The position numbers and the translations under genes are program-made. DNA of 64,000 nt from an uncultured delta proteobacterium. Lineage in GTDB: Bacteria > Desulfobacterota > RBG-13-43-22. Positions 28,905 to 37,240 of the stretch are shown here, one piece after another (position 1 is the first letter of the stretch; every line of letters starts with the position of its first letter). The stretch is from NCBI GenBank assembly GCA_963790475.1, contig CAWBOS010000012.1:608001-672000 (forward strand). The letters run 5' to 3'. The notes below the pieces were generated by a model. That model was not told where the DNA came from and did not search any database. It was given only the letters and a program-made list of their open reading frames with translations.

Positions 28905-29690
28905 TTATTTAGCAACCGACCCACCATCGACCACAATGGTCTGTCCGGTAATAAATCGGGAGGCCTGGGAGGCCAAAAACACGGCAACGCCTTTCATGTC
29001 GTCAATGTCTCCACCTCTTTGTAAAGGAATCCTCGAAGCGGCCATCTTGTAGACCGCTTCATTTTTTGTAACATGAGCCATCATATCGGTACGGAAATAC
29101 CCAGGGGCAATGGCATTAACGCGGATATTAAAAGGGGCCAGTTTGACGGCCAGATTCTGTGTCAGACTGATTACGGCCGCCTTGGTTGAATTATAGGGGA
29201 CGGCCGGGTGGGCCGCCTCTTCCGTTCCCCGAAGACCGGCAGTCGAGGCGATATTGATAATAGTGCCGCCGCCCCAATCTTTCATCAGGTTGGCCATTTT
29301 CTGAGTCAAAATCCACACCGCCCGGACATTGACGTTGAAAACATAATCCCATTTCTCGAGAGGATAATCGAGGGTCGGAGCACCCCAGGTTGCTCCGGCG
29401 TTGTTGACCAGGATATCGATCCGCGGGAATTTTTGAATAGCCGTCTTAAGCATGGCTTTAATGTCTTCCTCCTGAGACATATCGCAGGCTATGGGGAATA
29501 CCTGGACCTTAAATTCCTTTGATAACTCCTCGGCGGATGCTTCAAGATTTTTCATCTTCCGCGAGGTGATAATCAGGTCCGCACCCGCCTCCGCCAGCCC
29601 GGTGGAAATAAACTTTCCGATTCCTCTTCCCCCACCGGTAACCAGGGCGACTTTACCTTTCAAATTAAATATATCAGGTAGCTTCATCAA
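28905..29690 (-). CDS. Short-chain dehydrogenase/reductase (gluconate 5-dehydrogenase-like)
   Basis: TGGGRGIG, NNAGATWG, YNSTK, VNAIAPG and VDGG motifs. Confidence 0.93.
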   Translation of the reverse strand: MMKLPDIFNLKGKVALVTGGGRGIGKFISTGLAEAGADLIITSRKMKNLEASAEELSKEFKVQVFPIACDMSQEEDIKAMLKTAIQKFPRIDILVNNAGATWGAPTLDYPLEKWDYVFNVNVRAVWILTQKMANLMKDWGGGTIINIASTAGLRGTEEAAHPAVPYNSTKAAVISLTQNLAVKLAPFNIRVNAIAPGYFRTDMMAHVTKNEAVYKMAASRIPLQRGGDIDDMKGVAVFLASQASRFITGQTIVVDGGSVAK

Positions 29691-30029
29691 TACCTCCTGT
29701 AATAGTTTGATTTGAAGTCTATTGAGTTGAGGAAAAATCTGGAATATCTTAAAAGGTTATCGATTAAGAATCAAGGTAAAAAAAGATTACTAAAACTCAC
29801 TCCGGGGGACTTCTCTTGTTCCGAGGAACTTCAATTTTCTTTTGACGGATTCCCCTGGAAACGATAATATGGCAGTCTGGGTATGGAGATACAGGACCTG
29901 ATAATTTTTGAGGCCTGATCAGATACATCTTAAGGGTCTCACTACGGTCTTAACTCGAAGATGAATAGTTGGAATAAATGGGGCCGGAGGGTCTACTTCC
30001 TCGGGATTGTCCACTTTCTTTAGAAGGAT

Positions 30030-32255
30030 TTGTATTTGAATTTTAAGCTAATCAATGATATCAGCCTCAAGTGGAAGTTGATCATTCCCTTTCTCTTTCT
30101 GGCCGCAATGGGGGCGTCCACCCTGTTTCTGGTTTCCTACCGCTTTCAGACCAGCCTGATAAACGTCGATGAAGACCAACGCCTTAGAAATCTGTACCAG
30201 GCTTTCCTGAATGATATTAATTTAAGGAAAGATATGGCCTTGAGTCTGGCTTATCTGACAGCCCGGAACCCGGAAGTGGCTGAGGCCCTGAGCAGGAGGG
30301 ATCGCAGTCGCCTCCTTGCGCTCCTGTCTCCGGCTTATGAGACCCTGGAGCGGGATTTCGGGGTCCGACAGTTCCATTTTCATGTGCCGCCGGCCACTTC
30401 TTTCCTGCGACTCCATGCCCCCGGGCAACACGGGGAAAAAATGGAAGCCTTTCGGCCGACCATCAACCAGGCCCGGGAAACCGGCATCGGTGTGGGAGGC
30501 ATTGAAATGGGGACCCTGGGCCTGAGTATTCGCAGCGTGGTCCCCGTTTTTTATCAGGGGCGCCAGACGGGGACTGTGGAATTCGGTTTATCCCTGGGAA
30601 AGCCCTTCCTGGAAGAGTTTAAGAAAAACTATGTCGCGGAAGTGGGGCTTTATCTTCGGGGGAACACCGACCGAAAAATCCCTCAGATATTTGCCGCTAC
30701 CTTGGACCAACCTCTTCCTGCGGCGAAACTTTTTCAGCGCCTTATTGGTTCAGGAGAGGTGGTGATTCAGCCGGAATTCCTGGGACCAAGGAAGATGACC
30801 GCAATTTTCGGTCCGCTACGGGATTTTTCAGGGAAGATCATCGGTCTGGTAAAAATCAGCGTCGATCGCAGCCCGGCCTTGGCCCTGCTCCATCGGTATG
30901 CCCTGGTAGCGGCCGCCTTGGGTCTGGGTGGCCTCATGATCTCGATCGCCTTTGTCTGGTTCATATCCGTTATCTTTACCCGGCGAATTGATGCGGTCAT
31001 AAAAGGTGCCGATGAAATCGCCTCCGGCCGCCGCGATACCAGGCTGCCGGTAACGAGTGGCGATGAACTGGATGTCATGGCCCGGGCGATCAATCAGATG
31101 CTGGAATCCCTCAATGACTCCCAACAACGGCTCCGCGAGTACGCCCAGAATCTGGAATTGATGGTGGAACAACGGACCCGGAGCCTTAAGGAATCCGAAC
31201 AGACTTATCGGACTCTGGTGGAAAACGTACCCTTGATTGTTTATATGGTCGAGCCTAACGGGAAAACTTTGTTCTTAAACCGGTCGACGGAGCAGATGGT
31301 CGGGCTACCGCCGGAACAGTTGAACGGACATTATGAAATTTGGGCCCGCTATATTCATCCCGACGATCGGGCTCGAGTCTCAGCTCTGAGGGAGGAGAGT
31401 CTGAAAGGGAAAAAGGAACTCCATACCGACTATCGGCTGGTCCATCCCAACGGGACCGTTGTTTATTGCTTCGACCACGCCGTTCCAGTTTTTACGGAAG
31501 ATCGGGAATTTTATCGGATGGACGGCATCATCATTGATGTCACCGTCCAAGAGAAACTCCAGGAAAAAAGCCTTCAAGCCCAGGAACTGGAAACGCTGGG
31601 GCAGATTTCAAACCGCCTGGCCCATGAATTGCGAAATCCGCTGGCTTCCATCGGAGGTTTGGCCCGGCGGATCGTTAAATCATTCGAAGCCACCGATGCC
31701 CGGGCCGAAAAAAGTCAGATGATCCTGGAACAGGTGCAGAAACTGGAAAAAATCCTGAATATGATGCTCACTTTTATCGCCCCTCAGGCGGTCAATCTCC
31801 AGTCCGGTGATGTAAACCGTTTGATTCTTCGAGTAATCGAAGAACTGCGAAACAAGTTTCAATCTGCAGCCTTTTCCGTCAATGTCAAGTTGGACCCGGA
31901 TCTAAGACTGATTCCGCTGGATGAAAACCTTTTCGAACAAGCCTTGATGAATCTGATTGAAAATGCCTGGGAGCAGATGGGACAGAAAGGGGAGATGGAA
32001 TTAAGCACCCATAAAAACGGAGAGACGGCCACCGTAACCCTGACCTTCCCGGTCCCCATAATTTCTCCCGACGATATTGATCATTACTTTTATCCCTTCA
32101 CCGTTGACTATTCATCACTAAAAAATAGTCCGGTTTCGGACCGGCCGGATGTCTCCATTTCCAAGGTGGTCATCCATAAACATGGGGGGACGATCAGCAT
32201 CACCCCGGAGAATGACCAGCGCCTGAAGCTCACCATTACCCTGCCGCTTCGATAA
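30030..32255 (+). CDS. Cache-HAMP-PAS sensor histidine kinase-like protein with degenerate HATPase domain
   Basis: TM-dCache_3-like (QFHFH..SFLRLH)-TM, HAMP (GDELDVMARAINQM), PAS, H-box LAHELRNPL and N-box NLIENA; G1/G2 boxes absent. Confidence 0.85.
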   Translation: MYLNFKLINDISLKWKLIIPFLFLAAMGASTLFLVSYRFQTSLINVDEDQRLRNLYQAFLNDINLRKDMALSLAYLTARNPEVAEALSRRDRSRLLALLSPAYETLERDFGVRQFHFHVPPATSFLRLHAPGQHGEKMEAFRPTINQARETGIGVGGIEMGTLGLSIRSVVPVFYQGRQTGTVEFGLSLGKPFLEEFKKNYVAEVGLYLRGNTDRKIPQIFAATLDQPLPAAKLFQRLIGSGEVVIQPEFLGPRKMTAIFGPLRDFSGKIIGLVKISVDRSPALALLHRYALVAAALGLGGLMISIAFVWFISVIFTRRIDAVIKGADEIASGRRDTRLPVTSGDELDVMARAINQMLESLNDSQQRLREYAQNLELMVEQRTRSLKESEQTYRTLVENVPLIVYMVEPNGKTLFLNRSTEQMVGLPPEQLNGHYEIWARYIHPDDRARVSALREESLKGKKELHTDYRLVHPNGTVVYCFDHAVPVFTEDREFYRMDGIIIDVTVQEKLQEKSLQAQELETLGQISNRLAHELRNPLASIGGLARRIVKSFEATDARAEKSQMILEQVQKLEKILNMMLTFIAPQAVNLQSGDVNRLILRVIEELRNKFQSAAFSVNVKLDPDLRLIPLDENLFEQALMNLIENAWEQMGQKGEMELSTHKNGETATVTLTFPVPIISPDDIDHYFYPFTVDYSSLKNSPVSDRPDVSISKVVIHKHGGTISITPENDQRLKLTITLPLR

Positions 32256-32262
32256 ATTTTAC

Positions 32263-32355
32263 TCATAACCCCATCATTTTGACCACGATGGTCTTCATGA
32301 TTTCGTTGGTGCCGGCAAAGATGGACATGACGCGGGTGTCCCGCCAAGCCCGGGC
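32263..32355 (-). pseudogene. Acyl-CoA dehydrogenase C-terminal remnant
   Basis: Manual translation ARAWRDTRVMSIFAGTNEIMKTIVVKMMGL*, the classic ACAD tail (RDxRxxxIxxGTxEI). Confidence 0.75.
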
Positions 32356-32830
32356 CTCGCGATAGGTGTTTTTAGAAAAGTTAAAACAACCTCCCTTTCA
32401 AGGTCAAGACTAATCAGAAAATCTACCTCCCTTTATTTTAAACGAATTCACTGGCCAGATATGTTTTTCAGGAGCGAAGAGGCATTTTCGCGGTTGTCCA
32501 ACAACCAATCCGTTTTCCAAGGCCGACCCTAATAGCTAGGTTGTACGATTATGAATTATCCCCTGATGGTGAGAAGTAAGTCTTCGTTTTGTGGAAATCG
32601 CCTTCTCACCCTCTTCAATAAAAAATGATCAGAAAGGTGTAAGTTGTTATTCATAATACTTCTCGCAACCCATTCCTGAAAAGATAACGTTAAGATATAA
32701 TAAATAAAATTGAAAAAACATCGGATAGCAGACTCCATCTGCTGGGAATAAAAATAACTATTTTGGGGGGTTGGTATTATTTTTGCGAATAATCTAAATA
32801 AATGATATCGACCAATGTGACAGAAAGGAG

Positions 32831-33277
32831 TTGGATTTTATGAAGAGAAATAATCTTGGTGAAAAACGAATTCTGATAGTGGATGAAGACACGAACGTCC
32901 TTGATTTCTTAGCAGGAGAAACCCAGAAAAGCGGCTTAAACTATCAATTTGAAAAGGCCGATACCTTTCCGCAGGCTGTGGATTCTATGTTTTCCGGCAG
33001 GTTTGACTTGGTTATTCTCGATTTTCCTGGGATTCGAGGTCCGTATCTTTTGAATTTGGCCCTTCTCCGAGAAATACCCGTTGTTGTCCTGGTTTCCTTT
33101 AATTCCTTTTCCATTGAAGCCAATCATCTTTTTCAAAAAGGAATCAAAGGGCTTCTTCCCAAAGAGAACCTATCGGAAATTATTCCGGTTATTGAAAGTC
33201 TTCTTTCTCCAAAGAATCCGCCTGCCGCTCCTATCGGCCTAAAGGGAATGTTCTCAGGTTTGATTTTGATGATGTAA
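32831..33277 (+). CDS. Single-domain response regulator
   Basis: ILIVDED, LVILD (phospho-Asp), IPVVVL and LPK motifs. Confidence 0.8.
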   Translation: MDFMKRNNLGEKRILIVDEDTNVLDFLAGETQKSGLNYQFEKADTFPQAVDSMFSGRFDLVILDFPGIRGPYLLNLALLREIPVVVLVSFNSFSIEANHLFQKGIKGLLPKENLSEIIPVIESLLSPKNPPAAPIGLKGMFSGLILMM

Positions 33278-33324
33278 TGTAACTGGACCCTACCTTCATA
33301 TCAATAGATTGGAGAACTAAGAAG

Positions 33325-33702
33325 ATGAAAAAACGAAATGGATTTTCATTGTTGGAATTGATTGTCGCCCTCGGTATTCTAAGTATCGGGTTCCTCTCTC
33401 TTTCCCACCTATCGATCTCAGTAATGAAAGCCAATAAATACAGCCAAAATAAGACAGCGGCCCTTCAACTGGCTCAAGAGAAGATGGAGTCAATAAAGAC
33501 CCTTCCCTTCTCAGAATTAAAGGGGGAAGTTGAATCAGAATTAAGGATTGGAACGGTTGGAACGATTTTTCAACGGGAAACTATAGTCGAAAAAGGAAGC
33601 GGGGCCTCCCTGGCAGATATAACAGTCCGGGTGCATTGGCCCAACATTTCATGTCCAAGCCGGTCGCATGTTACAGAACTTTTTACTCAGATTGCCGGTT
33701 AA
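33325..33702 (+). CDS. Prepilin-type N-terminal cleavage/methylation protein (PilV-like minor pilin)
   Basis: KKRNG-FSLLE class III signal followed by a hydrophobic helix; ALQLAQEKME. Confidence 0.85.
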   Translation: MKKRNGFSLLELIVALGILSIGFLSLSHLSISVMKANKYSQNKTAALQLAQEKMESIKTLPFSELKGEVESELRIGTVGTIFQRETIVEKGSGASLADITVRVHWPNISCPSRSHVTELFTQIAG

Positions 33703-33908
33703 ATTAGAATAAATCACTTGCCTCTTGATTTCGAATTAAATTGACAGTAACACTTTGGACGTATAAAGAAAAAAATCCGATAGGATTATCTGAAAAGGAT
33801 TTGAATTCCATAAAACCAAACTGATACAATGAACGCTGTCCCGTAAATAGAAGAAAATGTAATTTATGCCCTAAAATTCACTGATCCCCAGGAAGGAGCC
33901 ATTATCCT

Positions 33909-35555
33909 ATGCCGAGGTCAATCCCTCCCAGGACGGGAAAGCAGGGAAGTAAAAAAGCAATAAGAACCCTTCCTAAAAAAATAGGTTCGGAATACCGGCA
34001 GGCTATCGAAAAATTACAATTGTCTGAAGGACTTCTAAGGGCTTCGGAACGTAAATATCGTTCTTTGGTAGAAAGTATTCCAGATATCATCTTCGCTCTT
34101 GAATTGGACGGTTCGTTCGCCTATATCGGCCCGCGATGGAAAAAGATATTAGGGCACGATGAAATGGAGGTCCAGGGAAGATACTTTATTGATTTTGTAC
34201 CTGCCGAAGAACATTCCTTTGTGATCCAAGTTTTTAAGGAGGTCCGAAACGAAAAGAAGAATGTTGAAAATATCCTTTTGCAATTTCGCCGAAAGGATGG
34301 ACAGTTACGTTTTTTTTCGGGCAGCGCTGCTCCGCTGTTGGATGAACAGGGGCAGGTCGTGGGAACCATGGGAATTGCCCGGGACATCACCGAGCGGAGA
34401 AAACTCGAGGAACAGCTCCTTCAAGCCCAAAAGATGGAATCCATAGGGAATCTGGCCGGGGGGATTGCCCATGACTTTAATAATCTCCTTGGCGGGATTT
34501 TAGGTTATGCCTCTTTTGCCAAGAAGAAGATATCTCCCAAAGACCCCTTGTATCATTCATTAAACAGTATTGAACGATCGGCAACTCAGGCGGCCGAATT
34601 AACCAAACAACTCTTGGGATTTGCCCGGCGGGGAAAGTATCAGGTTAAGCCAATCAATTGTAATGCCCTCATTCAAGATCTGATCCAGTTTTTGAAACGG
34701 ACGATGGATAAACGGATCAACCTGAAGGTGGAACAGGATCCCCATTTGTACTTGATTGAGGGGGATGAGACTCAGCTTCAACAATCGCTGATCAATATCT
34801 GTTTAAATGCCAGGGATGCCATGCCTTCGGGGGGAACCCTGAAGATCGTCACTGCTAACCAAACCCTTTCAAAGGATATGATTGAAAAACAAAGGGGATG
34901 GAAAGAAGTGGATTATGTCAAGATCACCCTTTCGGATACCGGCCTGGGAATGTCTCCGGAGGTCCGTTCGCAGATCTTTGAACCTTTTTTTACGACCAAA
35001 GAGCAGGGAAGAGGAACTGGGTTGGGGTTGTCCATGGTCTACGGGATTATTCAAAATCATGGGGGATATATTGAATTGAAAAGTGAGCCGGGGCAAGGGA
35101 CCTCCTTTGAACTTTTATTGCCGGCTGTTGGGGAATTGAGGATTGAAGAAGTTTCTCCTCTTCCCCCCGGTCCAACAATTCCGAAAGGTTCCGAAACTAT
35201 TCTTTTCGTCGATGATGAAGAAATTATTCGACAGTTAGGGGCCGACATCCTGGAGGATGCCGGCTATAAGGTGCTTCATGCCTCCGGAGGGGAAGTAGCC
35301 ATTCAGATCTTCCGGAAGAACAGGAAAAAGATCGCCTTGGTGATCCTGGATATGATCATGCCCGGATTGGGCGGGAAGGAAACCTTTCTCAAGTTAAAAG
35401 AGATCAATCCTAAAATAAAAGTACTGTTGTCTTCAGGGTATAGTACTAATGAAGGGGTGGGGGAAATTCTCAAGGAAGGGGAGGGAGGATTCATTCAAAA
35501 ACCCTACCGGGACGAGGATTTGATCGGAAAGGTCAGGGAGGTCCTGGATTCATAG
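33909..35555 (+). CDS. PAS hybrid sensor histidine kinase/response regulator
   Basis: PAS, AGGIAHDFNNLL, NARDAM, DTGLGM, FTTK, GTGLGL and a C-terminal REC domain. Confidence 0.94.
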   Translation: MPRSIPPRTGKQGSKKAIRTLPKKIGSEYRQAIEKLQLSEGLLRASERKYRSLVESIPDIIFALELDGSFAYIGPRWKKILGHDEMEVQGRYFIDFVPAEEHSFVIQVFKEVRNEKKNVENILLQFRRKDGQLRFFSGSAAPLLDEQGQVVGTMGIARDITERRKLEEQLLQAQKMESIGNLAGGIAHDFNNLLGGILGYASFAKKKISPKDPLYHSLNSIERSATQAAELTKQLLGFARRGKYQVKPINCNALIQDLIQFLKRTMDKRINLKVEQDPHLYLIEGDETQLQQSLINICLNARDAMPSGGTLKIVTANQTLSKDMIEKQRGWKEVDYVKITLSDTGLGMSPEVRSQIFEPFFTTKEQGRGTGLGLSMVYGIIQNHGGYIELKSEPGQGTSFELLLPAVGELRIEEVSPLPPGPTIPKGSETILFVDDEEIIRQLGADILEDAGYKVLHASGGEVAIQIFRKNRKKIALVILDMIMPGLGGKETFLKLKEINPKIKVLLSSGYSTNEGVGEILKEGEGGFIQKPYRDEDLIGKVREVLDS

Positions 35556-35577
35556 TTAGTTACCATCTCAATAATCT

Positions 35578-36056
35578 TTAGGAACTCCACAAACAGGTCC
35601 AGCCCATCAATTTTTTAGGATTTGTTCTATCTTTTTTTTTGACCGCAAAGGGATTTTCAACTCCGAACCACCAGAGGTCCGGTTGGCCGGAGAGTCGGGA
35701 ACAAAACTGTAGATGACCGATCCCTATGATGCGGTGAACAATGCCTCGTCGAACCTCAATGCCAGATATCCCTTCCAAGGGAATGGATTTTTTATTGGTC
35801 CGCCCCCCAAAAATCGATTTCCGCAGGGCCTCGGTTTTTGTTATCCGATAAAAAGTGGTTTTTCGACGGAAAATAATAATACCAGTATCAAAATAGAGAG
35901 AGCCCATCCAAAAGACCTGTTTATCCCGGTATCGGGGTTAAGACTTGGCCCGATTCCAAAAACGAGAATAGCTGCATAGAAGACGAAGTAACTCCTCCAA
36001 GAGGGTCGGAGGGCCAAGGAGTCTTCCTGCCTAAGGGGAGCTATTTTGGGGTTCAT
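35578..36056 (-). pseudogene. bPH_2 (YdbS/YdbT-like) PH-domain membrane protein, frameshifted
   Basis: LRPSWRSY plus two TM segments in one frame, then RRKTTFYRIT..IPLEGISGIEVRRGIVHRIIGIGHL in another. Confidence 0.65.
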
Positions 36057-36139
36057 ATTCTTGACTCCGAACGTACCCACTGAACAAGGGAAGTCCTACC
36101 AAAGACCTCGAAAAGCGTGGTATAATGAACCAGCTTTGA

Positions 36140-36327
36140 ATTGTTGTCCCAACTAGGGCATATTGATAAGAAATCCCGGGAATTGATGGACCCCTCAGGA
36201 GGTCAAAAAACCTGCAGGATGAGGGACCACCATGGGCCGATTTCGCGCTCGGAGTTTGATAAAAAAAGCTGGCCTGAAAGCCAGACGACCCAAGAAATTC
36301 AAGAAAGCCACTGGGAGTCTTTATTAG
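36140..36327 (+). mobile_element. Decayed IS3-family transposase (OrfB HTH region) fragment
   Basis: HIDKKSR..KNLQDEG..MGRFRARSLIKKAGLKARRPKKFKKAT resembles IS3 OrfB (YGxRRxxxxLxxxGxxVGRxRVxRLMxxxGLxAxxxRKFKxTT); frameshifted. Confidence 0.55.
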
Positions 36328-37040
36328 ATACCAGTGGCTTTAATCTGTTGAATCCGCAACGCCTCTTTTTCATGTTTCCTAAGGGCCTTAAGGTCAAGCT
36401 GGCATTTTGCTTCATCTGTTTTGGAGGTGATGAAAAAGAGTTCTACTTCAATGTCCTTGAAGGTTTTGCAGAATAAAAAACGCGCTCGTTCCAAGTGATA
36501 ATCGGAGGTAACGATAACGGCGAATTTAAACTTATGGGTCTGAATGATCGATTTCGAGAGAGAGGCATCCTCTATGGTATTACTGCTTTGGGCAAATTCT
36601 AAAATATCTTCCTCTGGAATAAATCGGGCAGTAAGAAATTTTCTCATGTACAGTGCGTGAGGCTTAGAGGTTGTGTTGAAGTGTGAACCATACCCCCCAG
36701 TCAGCAGAATTTTCCATCCGGGGTTGTTCTTATATAGCTGAACAGCCAGCTCGCACCTTTCAACCCCAAGACTATAAAGTCGGCCTTGCTCATCATTCGC
36801 TGAGCCAAGGACGATAATGACCCCTTCTGGCAATGGACCCTCCCTTCTGTTCTGTCGAGCTCGATGATATTCTTCTGTTTGTGCAATATTCAGTAAGGGA
36901 ACAAATATTTCCTCGGATGTATTATGACCAATTGGTTCAGTTAATAAAGCAGAGTGAGTATACCGGGCGTCCGGTGGAAAATTTATTAAGAATTTATTTT
37001 TTTCGGTTTTTTTTAGATCCTTTCCGTATTCTATTATCAA
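36324..37040 (-). CDS. YdcF/DUF218 (ElyC/SanA-like) protein
   Basis: IIVLGS, ILLTGG, SSNTIEDA and VTSDYHLERA motifs; the true start is probably downstream of the listed one. Confidence 0.85.
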   Translation of the reverse strand: MIIEYGKDLKKTEKNKFLINFPPDARYTHSALLTEPIGHNTSEEIFVPLLNIAQTEEYHRARQNRREGPLPEGVIIVLGSANDEQGRLYSLGVERCELAVQLYKNNPGWKILLTGGYGSHFNTTSKPHALYMRKFLTARFIPEEDILEFAQSSNTIEDASLSKSIIQTHKFKFAVIVTSDYHLERARFLFCKTFKDIEVELFFITSKTDEAKCQLDLKALRKHEKEALRIQQIKATGI

Positions 37041-37240
37041 TAAAAAGCAACTATTGCAAAGATTAATTGAAAAAATAATAGAAGAGGAATAGAAATATCG
37101 TCAGAAGAAAAAGTGGTTTGTTCCCCTTCCTCCTATCTATTAAAATAGACTTCTTCCCCTATTGCCCATGTTTACTTGACCAGATCACCACGTCAAACCA
37201 ATTTCTTGAGTAAGTACCTGAATGATTTTTTGATTTATTT

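Noticed and set aside
36118-36341. Possible sRNA between a TGGTATAAT element and the AAAGCCACTGG/CCAGTGGCTTT hairpin
   Set aside because: The interval is better explained as a decayed IS3 transposase fragment; the hairpin may simply terminate the minus-strand DUF218 gene.
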